Shown here: piece by piece, positions 45,019-55,443 of the stretch
Position numbering within the stretch: the first letter of the stretch is position 1
How the letters are laid out: each line of letters begins with the position of its first letter
Assembly: GCA_964560765.1 (NCBI GenBank)
Contig: CAZLMG010000001.1
Location: 202,903-266,902 of the forward strand
Source of the DNA: an uncultured Oligoflexales bacterium
GTDB lineage: Bacteria > Bdellovibrionota_B > Oligoflexia > Oligoflexales > CAZLMG01
Reading direction: 5' to 3'
DNA length: 64,000 nt
Made by a program: the position numbers and the translations under genes
Notes under the pieces: model-generated
The model's database searches: none
Seen by the model: only the letters and a program-made list of their open reading frames with translations
Told to the model about the DNA's origin: nothing

Positions 45019-47067
45019 ATGGCAACCGTTCGCCCGTTTCGCATCGCTTCGGAATATCAACCGCAGGGGGACCAACCTGCGGCCATAGCAAAAATCTGTA
45101 ATGCTTTCCGTCGTGGTGACCCGCATCATGTCCTGCTCGGTGTTACCGGGTCTGGTAAAACATTTACCATGGCGCATGTAATCGCCGAGCTCAAGCGCCC
45201 GACTCTGATCATGGCCCCCAACAAGACTTTGGCTGCCCAGCTGTTTCAGGAGTTCCGCGAACTTTTTCCAGAGAACGCCGTCGAGTTCTTCATTAGCTAT
45301 TATGATTACTACCAACCCGAAGCCTACATTCCCTCGACCGACACTTACATCGCCAAGGACGCCCAGATCAACGACGACATCGACAAGATGCGGCACGCGG
45401 CGACCCGCTCTTTGTTTGAGAGATCAGACGTCATCATCATTGCTAGCGTCAGCTGTATTTATGGACTCGGCTCTCCTGAGAGTTACGCCAGTATGATGGT
45501 CCGGGTCGAAGCGGGCGAGCAGATTAGCCGCGACAAGATGTTGCGCAAACTGGTCGATATCCAGTACGGACGCAACGATGCCACGCTGGCCCGTGGGCAC
45601 TTTCGCGTGCGCGGCGACATCGTCGACATCCTGCCCTCGCACGAGCGAGACCAAGGAATTCGCGTCGAATTCTTTGGCGACGAGATTGATCAGATCCATG
45701 TCATTGACGCGTTAACGGGCAAGTCCCTACGTCGTATCGACGACGTCGCCATCTATCCTAGCAGTCATTACGTGACCGACCGGAAAGACATGGGGGCCAT
45801 CGTCCGCGAGATCCTCGCCGACTTGGGTACGCGTTTGCGCGAACTGAAGGTGCAGGGCAAACATGTTGAGTTTCAGCGTCTGGAACAGCGCGTTATGCAG
45901 GACATCGAGATGCTCGAGCATTTGGGCTGGTGCAGTGGCATTGAAAACTATTCGCGCTATTTGACTGGCTCGACCGCAGGCCAGCCACCGCCGACATTAC
46001 TCGACTATTTTCCCAAGGACCTCTTGATCATCCTCGACGAGAGCCACATCACGCTGCCACAAATTCGCGGCATGTATCGGGGCGATCAGGCACGCAAACA
46101 AGTGCTTGTCGATTTTGGCTTTCGTTTGCCGTCCGCGAAAGACAACCGCCCTCTCAACTTTGACGAGTTTATGGCGCGAGCGCACCAGATTTTGCACGTA
46201 TCGGCGACACCCGGGCCGTTCGAAATGCAGGCCAGTCAAGGTCAGTACACGGAGCAGATCATTCGCCCGACGGGACTGGTGGATCCCGAAATCCAAGTTC
46301 GACAAGCCAAGGGACAGATCGACGACTTGTACGGCGAAATTCGCTTAGCAACTGGCACCGGCGGCCGCATCTTGATCACGACGCTGACCAAGCGCATGGC
46401 CGAAGAGTTGACCCACTACTACAGCGAGATGGGCGTCAAGGTGAAGTACCTGCATGCGGATGTGGACAGCCTTGAGCGAGCGGAACTTCTGCGCGATTTG
46501 CGCAAGGGAGAATTCGACGTTCTCATCGGCATCAATCTACTGCGCGAAGGGTTGGACCTACCTGAGGTGAAACTGGTAGCGGTGTTGGACGCGGACAAAG
46601 AGGGATTCTTGCGATCCCGTGCATCACTAATTCAAATCGTCGGCCGGGCGGCGCGAAATGCCGAAAGCAAAGTCATCTTCTATGCTGATCGGATGACGGA
46701 TTCCATGAAGGCGTGCATCGAGGAAACGGAGCGGCGCCGTAGCATCCAAGTGGCCTACAACGAAGCGCATGGCATCACGCCGCAGACGGTGATCAAGAAG
46801 ATGCCGCTCAGTCTGCGCGCCATGTATGGCTTATCGACTCCCGAGGAGGAGCCAAAGACCAGCCCTGGCCACGCTCTGGACGAGTTGAAGCGACGCGGCA
46901 TCAAGACCAAAAAGGAGCTCGACGCCCAGATTCGTCGCCTGAGCAAGCAAATGCAAAAAGCTGCCGCAGGGCTGGATTTTGAAGAGGCCGCCACGTTACG
47001 CGACGAAGTGAACCAATTGCAAGAAATCATGCGCAGCCTGCCCGGACAGGAGGACATGGACGCATGA
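45019..47067 (+). CDS. uvrB: excinuclease ABC subunit B
   Basis: FRIASEYQPQGDQPAAI, Walker A GVTGSGKT, the helicase motifs, and a C-terminal UVR domain (LDFEEAATLRDE). Confidence 0.95.
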   Translation: MATVRPFRIASEYQPQGDQPAAIAKICNAFRRGDPHHVLLGVTGSGKTFTMAHVIAELKRPTLIMAPNKTLAAQLFQEFRELFPENAVEFFISYYDYYQPEAYIPSTDTYIAKDAQINDDIDKMRHAATRSLFERSDVIIIASVSCIYGLGSPESYASMMVRVEAGEQISRDKMLRKLVDIQYGRNDATLARGHFRVRGDIVDILPSHERDQGIRVEFFGDEIDQIHVIDALTGKSLRRIDDVAIYPSSHYVTDRKDMGAIVREILADLGTRLRELKVQGKHVEFQRLEQRVMQDIEMLEHLGWCSGIENYSRYLTGSTAGQPPPTLLDYFPKDLLIILDESHITLPQIRGMYRGDQARKQVLVDFGFRLPSAKDNRPLNFDEFMARAHQILHVSATPGPFEMQASQGQYTEQIIRPTGLVDPEIQVRQAKGQIDDLYGEIRLATGTGGRILITTLTKRMAEELTHYYSEMGVKVKYLHADVDSLERAELLRDLRKGEFDVLIGINLLREGLDLPEVKLVAVLDADKEGFLRSRASLIQIVGRAARNAESKVIFYADRMTDSMKACIEETERRRSIQVAYNEAHGITPQTVIKKMPLSLRAMYGLSTPEEEPKTSPGHALDELKRRGIKTKKELDAQIRRLSKQMQKAAAGLDFEEAATLRDEVNQLQEIMRSLPGQEDMDA

Positions 47068-48920
47068 GTCATCCATTGCGAGACAAGGTGCGCAATTTTC
47101 CAGAAGCCCCTGGCGTTTATCTGATGAAGGACAAGAAGGGGAAGATTGTTTACGTCGGCAAGGCGAAGAACCTGCGATCCCGCGTCAGTCATTATGTTGC
47201 CGATGCGGCACTGCAGCAATTCCGCATTGGTGATCTGGTCCGCGCCATCGCCGATATCGACATCATCATCACCAACACGGAACTCGAAGCCCTGCTCACG
47301 GAGCGCACGATGATTCGGCATCACAGCCCGAAATTCAACGTACTTCTACGCGACGACAAGGAATACCCACATGTGCGCGTCGATTTTCGAGAGGATTGGC
47401 CACGACTGGAAAAGGTGCGACGACGCAAAGACGATGGCGCTCAATACATCGGCCCCTTTGGCAACGCTGGGCATTTGAATTCGATGTTGAAGGGGATAGG
47501 CCGGGTTTTCCCGCTGATTCGTTGCTCGCGCCACGAGTTTCGCAACGCCAAGAGGCCATGCACGTATTACCACATGAAGATGTGCCTGGCACCGTGCACC
47601 TTGCCGGTTGACCGGGACGTATACCTCAACATGTTGCAGGATGCTCTGCGGATTCTAGAAGGGCGCAGCCAGGATCTGCATAAGGTGCTGCGTACGCGCA
47701 TGCAAGAAGCCTCCGACAAACAGCAGTATGAATTAGCGGCCCAATATCGAGACCAATTGCAAGCGCTTGAAATTCTCCTGAGCCCCCAAGCCGTGGTTAC
47801 CACCGATATCGGCGATGCAGATGTGATCGGCTTGGCAAAGAGCCAAGAGATTGTCGCACTTCAAGTGCTCATGGTTCGCGAGGGCAAGGTCATCGGCAGC
47901 GACAGCTTTCGATTTGCCGCGACAGAAACAGACGACGATGAACTGCTAACCACGTTCTTGATGCAGTATTACGATGAGCGCTACCTACCCGAGACGATCT
48001 ATGTGCCGCGTCCGTTCGCCAGTGCTGAATTGGTAGCGCAAGCACTCGGGTCACTCGCCGACGGTCGGCCACCACGAGTCCATTTCCCCCAACGCGGGAC
48101 GGCTCACGAACTGGTCGACATGGCAGATCAGAATGCGCTGTTTCATTTGCAAGAGGAGCTGCGTAATAGCGAGCGCCAGAGTCAATCGCTGGCGATCCTG
48201 CAAGAGCGGTTGCACCTATCGCGTCGACCCGAGCGGATGGAATGTATCGACGTGTCCAACTTGCAGGGTACTGCCATCGTCGCTTCAGCTGTTTGTTTCG
48301 TGGGCGGCCGGCCTGCGCGTGATCTATATCGCATCTATAGCATCCAAGACTTGCCAGACGGCATGCAAGACGATTTTGCCAGCATTCGAGAGGTGGTGCG
48401 GCGACGTTTACAGCGGGGACTGCGCGAGAATGATTTGCCCGACCTGCTTGTGATCGATGGAGGCAAGGGACAATTGGCGGCAGCCCTGGAGGCGCAATCG
48501 CAATTTCCCGACACCGAGAATTTGCCCATCGTCTCCCTGGCCAAGAGTCGCGCCGTAGCCGATGTGGGCGACCATGATGTAGTCGAGCATTCCGATGAAC
48601 GCGTGTTTATCAACCTACAGAGTGAGCCTTTGCCGCTCGTCGTCGGCTCGCCTGAATACCGACTGCTCACTTCCATCCGCGATGAGGCCCATCGTTTTGC
48701 GATAAGCCACCACCGCCGGAAGCGGGCCAAGAACGCCATGACCTCGGCACTGGACGATATTCGGGGGGTAGGACCCGTCTTGCGCACACGCCTGCTGCAA
48801 GAGTTTGGGGGGGTGACCGGCCTGCGGCAAGCGACCCTCGATCAGCTACAGAAAATCCCTGGGGTTTCTGACAAGTTAGCCGTTTCTATCTTTGCCGCAT
48901 TGCAGCGCGATTCCGATTGA
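47064..48920 (+). CDS. uvrC: excinuclease ABC subunit C
   Basis: GIY-YIG N-terminus (PGVYLMKDKKGKIVYVGKAKNLRSRV), a UVR domain (YELAAQYRDQL) and a C-terminal HhH region. The ATG overlaps the uvrB stop (ATGA at 47064-47067). Confidence 0.95.
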   Translation: MSHPLRDKVRNFPEAPGVYLMKDKKGKIVYVGKAKNLRSRVSHYVADAALQQFRIGDLVRAIADIDIIITNTELEALLTERTMIRHHSPKFNVLLRDDKEYPHVRVDFREDWPRLEKVRRRKDDGAQYIGPFGNAGHLNSMLKGIGRVFPLIRCSRHEFRNAKRPCTYYHMKMCLAPCTLPVDRDVYLNMLQDALRILEGRSQDLHKVLRTRMQEASDKQQYELAAQYRDQLQALEILLSPQAVVTTDIGDADVIGLAKSQEIVALQVLMVREGKVIGSDSFRFAATETDDDELLTTFLMQYYDERYLPETIYVPRPFASAELVAQALGSLADGRPPRVHFPQRGTAHELVDMADQNALFHLQEELRNSERQSQSLAILQERLHLSRRPERMECIDVSNLQGTAIVASAVCFVGGRPARDLYRIYSIQDLPDGMQDDFASIREVVRRRLQRGLRENDLPDLLVIDGGKGQLAAALEAQSQFPDTENLPIVSLAKSRAVADVGDHDVVEHSDERVFINLQSEPLPLVVGSPEYRLLTSIRDEAHRFAISHHRRKRAKNAMTSALDDIRGVGPVLRTRLLQEFGGVTGLRQATLDQLQKIPGVSDKLAVSIFAALQRDSD

Positions 48921-48992
48921 CCCCGCCCCCCCTTCACGAGTAAACCCCGCCAACACCGCACCAGCCTATATGGCTGACCAAGAAGGCACGGC

Positions 48993-49886
48993 ATGTCCAC
49001 CCTCGAAACGATTGGCATCATCGCATCTGTTGGCTGCGCCCTATGCTGGTCCATTTCCATGATCCTATTTCGTAAGGCGGGAGAACAGCATCCACCGGTG
49101 GCGGTGAACCTGTTCAAGAACTACTTAGCGTTTGCCCTGATGCTCCCGACTGCCTGGCTGATTGAGCCCCCGCTCCCCGCGCTGTCGACTCAGACTTGGG
49201 TGCTTATGTTGGTCAGCGGTGCCCTAGGAATTGGTATTGCGGATGCGCTGGTGCTGAAAGCGCTGCATCTAGTGGGAGCCTCACGATTGGCGATTATCGA
49301 ATGTCTTTATGCCCCATTTGTCATCGTCATTGCCGTCATGTTTCTCGATGAAAGTTTTGGCATGGAACGAGCCCTCGGCACGGTGGCGGTGCTCTCCGCC
49401 GTGTTGATGATTACGCAAAGCCAAGAGCGCGATTCGCCCATCGCCAATCGCGTTTGGGCGGGTGTCGCCTTTGGCGCCAGTGGCTTATTGGCAATGGCCG
49501 TCGGCATCACCATGGTCAAACCGGTGTTCGCCCAAGTTCCGTTGTTTTGGCTGATCGCCTTGCGCCTTGCCGCCGGCGTGATCGGCTCGGCCATCGTTGT
49601 ACGCGGCGTTGGCTTGGGAGTTATACATTCCCAACGCCTACTCTGGCACTCGTCCGACCGTCGCGTCCTACTCATGGCCTCGGTCCTCAGTTCCTACGTG
49701 GCGATGGCCATGTGGGTGACTGGCTTTAAGTATGCGGAAGCCACGGTTGCTGCCGTGCTCAATCAATCTTCGACAGTGTTTACTGTAGCCCTGGCGGCAC
49801 TTTTCTTGAAGGAACCATTTACCCGGTGGCAGGCTGCGGGTACGGCCGTCGCCATCGCGGGTGTGTTGACCGTCGTTTTTGCATAA
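48993..49886 (+). CDS. EamA/DMT-family transporter
   Basis: 10-TM-like protein of 297 aa with duplicated EamA-type halves. Confidence 0.8.
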   Translation: MSTLETIGIIASVGCALCWSISMILFRKAGEQHPPVAVNLFKNYLAFALMLPTAWLIEPPLPALSTQTWVLMLVSGALGIGIADALVLKALHLVGASRLAIIECLYAPFVIVIAVMFLDESFGMERALGTVAVLSAVLMITQSQERDSPIANRVWAGVAFGASGLLAMAVGITMVKPVFAQVPLFWLIALRLAAGVIGSAIVVRGVGLGVIHSQRLLWHSSDRRVLLMASVLSSYVAMAMWVTGFKYAEATVAAVLNQSSTVFTVALAALFLKEPFTRWQAAGTAVAIAGVLTVVFA

Positions 49887-49975
49887 AGACGGTGCCGGGA
49901 ACATTCACCGCATCTTCATCGAGTCTTGATGTGGACTGTTTACGATCTGTGAAAATACCATAAGGAGCTTGTTTT

Positions 49976-50980
49976 ATGAACAATTGCTGCACGGTAAAGA
50001 TCCTGGGAACTGGCATGCATGTCCCAGCACGCGTCGTCACCAATCAAGATCTGGAAAAGATGTTCAACACGTCCGACGAATGGATCGTGCAGCGCTCTGG
50101 CATTCGGGAACGACGCTTTGCCGAGCCCCATGAGGCGCCATCGGATTTGGCCAAGACGGCGTGTGAAAAGGCTCTGGTTGCTGCCGACCTTAACGTTGCT
50201 GATATCGACATGCTCATCGTCGCCACCTTGTCGCCGGACGCGTTCTTTCCCGGGACGTCCAGTTTTTTGCAAGCGAAATTGGGAATGGGCACAAAGCCCG
50301 CCATGGACATTCGCTGTCAGTGCACGGGATTTCTCTATGCACTGAATGTCGGACAAATGTTCGTAGCTTCCGGGCAGTATCGTCGGGTCATGGTGGTCGG
50401 CACGGAAATCCACTCGAAAGCTCTAAATTTTACGGATGCGGGGCGAGATACGGCGGTGCTCTTTGGGGACGGTGCAGGCGCGGTCATTCTCGGTGCCAGC
50501 GACGAACCGGAACGTGGACTCATCGGCTTTCAGCTGCACGCGGAAGGCGAGCATGCCGATCGACTTTGGATCGAAGCACCCGGATTAGCTCGGTCCGTGC
50601 ACATTGACGAAGAAGCTGTTCGCGAGGGCCTAGCTTATCCGAAAATGGATGGGAAATTTGTGTTCAAGCATGCGGTGACACGCATGCCCGAGGCCGTCAA
50701 ATCGATCCTGTCCCGGCATCACTTGTCCGTGAAAGACATCGATGTTTTCTTATTCCACCAGGCCAACCTCCGGATCAATGAAGCGGTGGCAGCGCACCTA
50801 GGAATCCAAGCCGACCAGCTGTTCAACAACATCGAGCGGTATGGGAACTGTTCGGCGGCTGCGATCCCGATGGCACTGGATGAATGCGTGCGCAGTGGCC
50901 GCATCCGGCGCGGCAGCTTGGTCTGCATGGCCGGATTTGGCTCGGGATTTACGTGGGGTTCTGCCTTGCTGCGCTTTTAG
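49976..50980 (+). CDS. fabH: beta-ketoacyl-ACP synthase III
   Basis: SDEWIVQRSGIRERRF, the active-site Cys context QCTGFLYAL, FHQANLRI and GNCSAAAIP. Confidence 0.9.
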   Translation: MNNCCTVKILGTGMHVPARVVTNQDLEKMFNTSDEWIVQRSGIRERRFAEPHEAPSDLAKTACEKALVAADLNVADIDMLIVATLSPDAFFPGTSSFLQAKLGMGTKPAMDIRCQCTGFLYALNVGQMFVASGQYRRVMVVGTEIHSKALNFTDAGRDTAVLFGDGAGAVILGASDEPERGLIGFQLHAEGEHADRLWIEAPGLARSVHIDEEAVREGLAYPKMDGKFVFKHAVTRMPEAVKSILSRHHLSVKDIDVFLFHQANLRINEAVAAHLGIQADQLFNNIERYGNCSAAAIPMALDECVRSGRIRRGSLVCMAGFGSGFTWGSALLRF

Positions 50981-51597
50981 CGCAGCGCGGTCTTCTTGCC
51001 TTGGGGCTTCAAGGTCAGCTGCACCTTGAGGTCCACTTCGTCGGCGATGATCTTGTCACCCAAATTCTGGAAAAATTTGCCAGAGCCATAGCGCACGTCG
51101 AAACTTGCACGGTCAAACTGCATGTCGACGACAGCGGTCCTATTTTCGCCCTTGCCAGCTGTAAAGGTACCCGCCATTTTTGCCGGCTTGGTGATACCTT
51201 TGATCGTCAGCTGTCCTTCTGCGGTGTATTTGTCAGTACCGGCGACCGCAAACTTTTCGATAACCAGCTTTGCCTCAGGATGCTTGTCCACGGAAAAGAA
51301 GTCGTCAGACTTCAAGTGACCAACCAGCTTGGCGTTGTACTTGGCATCAGTTAAGTCTTCGTTGGTAAGACTATTCATAGCGACAACGAAGGTCGCTTTC
51401 TCGGGAGCACCCTTATCCGAGTAAGTTACTTCTCCTGACTTGAACATCAACTTGCCGGTATGCTCGGACGTTACCAACTTCTTTTTGCCAGTCCATTGGA
51501 CATGCGACGCCTTGGTATCGACTTCGAATGTCTTGGCTTGCGCCACTTGCACGAGCGAGAGGCTACTGATGATGGCGAGACTTCCTAAAAAACGCAT
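50977..51597 (-). CDS. YceI-family periplasmic protein
   Basis: Signal peptide, then FEVDTKASHVQWTGKK and the overall YceI-like beta-barrel pattern. Convergent with fabH, overlapping it by 4 nt. Confidence 0.75.
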   Translation of the reverse strand: MRFLGSLAIISSLSLVQVAQAKTFEVDTKASHVQWTGKKKLVTSEHTGKLMFKSGEVTYSDKGAPEKATFVVAMNSLTNEDLTDAKYNAKLVGHLKSDDFFSVDKHPEAKLVIEKFAVAGTDKYTAEGQLTIKGITKPAKMAGTFTAGKGENRTAVVDMQFDRASFDVRYGSGKFFQNLGDKIIADEVDLKVQLTLKPQGKKTALR

Positions 51598-51645
51598 AGG
51601 TACTCCTTAAAGAAAACGGTGCCGACACGACACCATGAACTGATA

Positions 51646-53250
51646 TCACTTTTGCTTTGGCATCAGCTCGCTGAGCTTCTGGCAGCCAAACGCCCAAGCA
51701 TCATTCCACAACAACCGAGCTTTCTCCAATCCTGTTTGAACGCTCGCCGCTACGGCTTTGATACGAGCAAAATGCGAGGGAGACGGGTCCAAGCCGGTGA
51801 CGCGATCGCGGAAACGATCGGTGTGCAAATCCTCGCGTTTCAACGAATCTTCCAAATCGTACATCTTCTTGACCTGTACGAGGTCCTCGCCGTTGACTCC
51901 AGGAGCGACTATGACGAAACGATTGGTGCGAGTCGGCAACAACTTTCCCGACAAATAGACCGCCGCTTTCGTCGTCCACTCAATTGCCAAACCGATGGGC
52001 AGATATTCCGTATTACCAGAACCCAAGAGCATGTTGTTGGTTTGTGCTATGAAGTTAAAGCTCGAGGCGATCACTGTCTCTGTGTACCCCGATATATATC
52101 CCTTCTTGCGCATCTGCCGAAGCCCCACGTCGCTGCCTGCTGTGGCTGCGCCGCTAATGGCATTTATGCCACCAAGTTGCGCCAAGAACTCAAGAGAAAG
52201 GGGATTGCCCACTTCCTGCGGGTTATGAAACCAGGAAAGAAGGCGAAAGGAGAATCCCGTGCCAGCACTGAGAGAAAAATTTACGGCCAGCGCTTTCAAC
52301 AAAGTATTGCGATTATAGAAGCGAATCATGCTAGCCAGCGGTTTCAGCCCAATCTTTTCGCCTGGCAAGCGATGCTCATTTTCAAAAGTGAGAAGTCGAC
52401 TGGCAAACGTCGTGTTGATTTGATCGTAGGCGAATGTCATGAAAATTTGACCTAAACCAAGGGGGTTTAACCCGGTCGTGGTTAGCCACAGATAAGTTGG
52501 CGCCATCGACGAGGCAAGACCAATCGCGCTCCCGACTAACATGGATCGCCCCTCGTAGTCACCACGCAGCTTTTTGACTTGGTCGCGAAATGAATTCCGC
52601 CACTGCTGCAAAGTCTCGACGATGCGATTGTTCTGCTCTTTCATAGCTGCCACAATTTGCCGCTGCTCAGCCGTCAGAGCTTCGATCCCTTTCTCTGCCA
52701 GCTCCAGCTCGGCATTCGCATCGCGTTGGGCGTTGATCACCGTGTCCACATTCAGCGGATCGAGGATGATGTTGACCTTATCGGTCGCAAAACGCTCTGA
52801 AAAGACCTGCAAGAGTAGGGGGCGGAGATTAGCCGTCGCATAATCCAGCTCCCGACGCGGTACGATCACCCTGACCTCAATTTTTTCACCCTTGGTTGCC
52901 AAGATGTCGTCAACGTCGCCAAAGCCAATGCGAAGGTTAGCAATGTCCTTTAGCGGAATGATGCCGAGATCTAAGCGCATTGAGGAACCATAAAGCGCGT
53001 CTTTTGCGCGCGTATCCGAGTAGATACCAAATTGTGTGTCGGCGATGACCGTAACGCCAACCTGATCGGCAGCAGGGGCATGTGCCGCGGTTACCGCGTC
53101 CTCGGCGGCAAAGAGGGAGGAGCTGCGCAGGATTAGCAAGAGGATGATGATTCGGACACTGAACGGGGAAACCTGACTCAAAGGCAGCTTACGCAAGGGG
53201 CACCCACATGTCGGTTTGCAGATTGAATTTTCTATATTATACCGCCTCAT
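51646..53250 (-). CDS. hypothetical envelope protein: signal peptide, coiled-coil region and C-terminal hydrophobic region
   Basis: The ORF track starts at 53406. ATG 53250 has AGGGGA upstream and gives a signal-like FSVRIIILLLILRSSSLFA. No domain recognised. Confidence 0.5.
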   Translation of the reverse strand: MRRYNIENSICKPTCGCPLRKLPLSQVSPFSVRIIILLLILRSSSLFAAEDAVTAAHAPAADQVGVTVIADTQFGIYSDTRAKDALYGSSMRLDLGIIPLKDIANLRIGFGDVDDILATKGEKIEVRVIVPRRELDYATANLRPLLLQVFSERFATDKVNIILDPLNVDTVINAQRDANAELELAEKGIEALTAEQRQIVAAMKEQNNRIVETLQQWRNSFRDQVKKLRGDYEGRSMLVGSAIGLASSMAPTYLWLTTTGLNPLGLGQIFMTFAYDQINTTFASRLLTFENEHRLPGEKIGLKPLASMIRFYNRNTLLKALAVNFSLSAGTGFSFRLLSWFHNPQEVGNPLSLEFLAQLGGINAISGAATAGSDVGLRQMRKKGYISGYTETVIASSFNFIAQTNNMLLGSGNTEYLPIGLAIEWTTKAAVYLSGKLLPTRTNRFVIVAPGVNGEDLVQVKKMYDLEDSLKREDLHTDRFRDRVTGLDPSPSHFARIKAVAASVQTGLEKARLLWNDAWAFGCQKLSELMPKQK

Positions 53251-53288
53251 TGTCCCCTTGGCAGCCGGGACGTAAAAGGAACGAATCC

Positions 53289-54494
53289 TTGCACAATTTG
53301 TCTTCGATAACAGCCATTCCCGGACTGTACGTGCACATTCCATTCTGCGCACGTCTCTGCCACTATTGCGATTTTGCCAAAACCTCCGCCTTTTCCCAAT
53401 TGGCACAGCAGGCGTACTTTGCGGCGCTGACGACGCAGGTCCAGGCCTGGTTGGCTCCCCTGCACGAGGCTAACAAGTTGAAGTCCGTCTTCTTTGGGGG
53501 CGGGACCCCTGGACTGTTTGGGCGTGAATATGCCCCGATCTTAGATCTATTGCAGCCTCGTCTGGCCACGGAAGCGGAGGTTACGCTGGAGGTTAATCCC
53601 GAGAACGTGACAGCAGAAAACTGCCGCATTTGGCGCGACATCGGCTTTAATCGAGTTTCGATGGGCGTCCAGTCTTTTCAGAACCAGGGACTGGTTGCCC
53701 TGACCCGGGGGCATCGATCTGACGTAGCCAAAGATGCGGCACATATCCTGTTGCAGTATTTTTCCCAGGTAAATATCGATTTGATTTATGGCTGGCACGG
53801 CCAAGACCAAAAGCTGTGGCGGCAAGACTTGCAAGAGGCGATAACGCTGGGTATTCCGCATCTCAGCCTTTATGCGCTGACTTATGAAGGGCAGACACCC
53901 TTTGCGCGGCGAGTGGAGCGTGGAGTTTGGCGCGACACAGATGGCGACCTGCTTTTTGATTTCTATAAGGACGCCTGCGACGTCCTCGGCGGACGCGGGT
54001 TTGAGCACGAAGAAGTCTCCAATTGGTCCAAGCCAGGCCACAGCTGCCAGCACAATTGGCTGTACTGGTCCGACCAAGCCTATTTCGGCATTGGTGCCGG
54101 CGCCCACGGCTACCTCCCGGGTCCGCAGCCCTGGGGGACGCGCTATGCTTATGGCAAGAACCCAACAGCATTTATGCAGGTTACGGAGCGTGCGATTGCA
54201 GAATTCTGGCAAGATCGCCGCCAGTGGCCAGGAGAGTTGGATGAACGCAATCACGGTTCCTGGATGCTGGAACGCATTGCTGCCGGCATTCGCTGCCGCG
54301 CGGGTGCCAACGTTCAGCAGGTCGCGGCCGAGCGCGGCACCAAATGGCGACCAACTCCGCGATTAGAGCGCGCCCTGGAGGATGGTCTGCTCCATTGGCA
54401 AGACGGCATCATTTCTTGCTCTGAGGCCGAGTGGTTCCGTGAGCAAGCATGGGCCCTGGAGATATGGCAAAGCCTCAGCATCCCAGACAATTAA
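53289..54494 (+). CDS. hemW: radical SAM haem chaperone HemW (HemN-like, oxygen-independent coproporphyrinogen oxidase family)
   Basis: LYVHIPFCARLCHYCDF is the CxxxCxxC radical-SAM motif near the N-terminus. The start is probably TTG 53289, with AAGGA 8 nt upstream, rather than ATG 53208, which lacks an RBS. Confidence 0.8.
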   Translation: MHNLSSITAIPGLYVHIPFCARLCHYCDFAKTSAFSQLAQQAYFAALTTQVQAWLAPLHEANKLKSVFFGGGTPGLFGREYAPILDLLQPRLATEAEVTLEVNPENVTAENCRIWRDIGFNRVSMGVQSFQNQGLVALTRGHRSDVAKDAAHILLQYFSQVNIDLIYGWHGQDQKLWRQDLQEAITLGIPHLSLYALTYEGQTPFARRVERGVWRDTDGDLLFDFYKDACDVLGGRGFEHEEVSNWSKPGHSCQHNWLYWSDQAYFGIGAGAHGYLPGPQPWGTRYAYGKNPTAFMQVTERAIAEFWQDRRQWPGELDERNHGSWMLERIAAGIRCRAGANVQQVAAERGTKWRPTPRLERALEDGLLHWQDGIISCSEAEWFREQAWALEIWQSLSIPDN

Positions 54495-54573
54495 TTTGGA
54501 GTTAATCGCATCTTAACAAGGCCGGCCGAAGATGAGAAACGTCACATCTTCCCGATGTTTGAAGGAGGCCTTT

Positions 54574-55443
54574 ATGACCCTTTTACTTGCACCGAGTCCG
54601 TTTGCTTCTTCCTTGGTCGAAAGAGCGCGTCCCGTGTTGCGCCTATTTCAGCAACCTCTTCGCAACCGCAACAGCTTCCAACGCAAAGTCGCCCTGGAGT
54701 TCAGCGCCAAGAACTTTACGGTTAAAACGATCGAAACCGATGCCGAGCTGAGTGAGATTCTGTCCTTGCGCCGCAAGGTCTTTCACCGAGAGTTTGCCGG
54801 CAAACTCATCGCCTTGCGCAGCGATCGTGATCAATTTGATCGACACGCCGACTACCTGGCCGTCATTGATCAACGCACGAGCAGCATCGTCGGGACTTAC
54901 CGACTGATCGCCAGTTGTTTTGCACCGGAGTTTTATTCTCAGGCCGAATTCAATTTGTCAGGGTTGCTCAGCCGGCCAGGCATAAAACTGGAATTGAGTC
55001 GCGCTTGCATTCACCGGGACTATCGCTCTGGCGCTGTAATCCCGCTCCTCTGGCGTGGCATCTCCGAATACATGCGCTTGATCGACGCGGCCTACCTTTT
55101 TGGCTGCGGCAGCGTTCTCACCATGAATACAGAGGCGCTGGCCAGCGTCTACAACTACCTAAGCGATGTTGGCGCTATCGACCACTCCATGGGTGTGCAT
55201 CCGATCGGTTCCTATGTAATCCCGAGTTTTGCGGAATCTGCGGCCATTCAACGGCAGCCGGGCGCAACCGCCTTTGAAGTTCAGGCTTTGTTACCTTCGC
55301 TGATCAAGTCTTATCTGAAAATCGGCGCCAAAGTTTGCGGCGAGCCAGCCCTCGATGTGAAATTTCGCTGCGCCGACTTCTTGACCGTGTTACAAGCGGA
55401 TCAGATGGCAGGCAAGTACGAAAAGAGGTTTACGCGAGGATGA
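54574..55443 (+). CDS. olsB: GNAT-type N-acyltransferase, lyso-ornithine-lipid synthase OlsB-like
   Basis: Start at ATG 54574 with a strong GAAGGAGG upstream. Motifs LRRKVFHREF...DQFDRHADYLAV...IVGTYRLI match the OlsB/hemolysin-like family. It is coupled to a PlsC-type acyltransferase. Confidence 0.7.
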   Translation: MTLLLAPSPFASSLVERARPVLRLFQQPLRNRNSFQRKVALEFSAKNFTVKTIETDAELSEILSLRRKVFHREFAGKLIALRSDRDQFDRHADYLAVIDQRTSSIVGTYRLIASCFAPEFYSQAEFNLSGLLSRPGIKLELSRACIHRDYRSGAVIPLLWRGISEYMRLIDAAYLFGCGSVLTMNTEALASVYNYLSDVGAIDHSMGVHPIGSYVIPSFAESAAIQRQPGATAFEVQALLPSLIKSYLKIGAKVCGEPALDVKFRCADFLTVLQADQMAGKYEKRFTRG

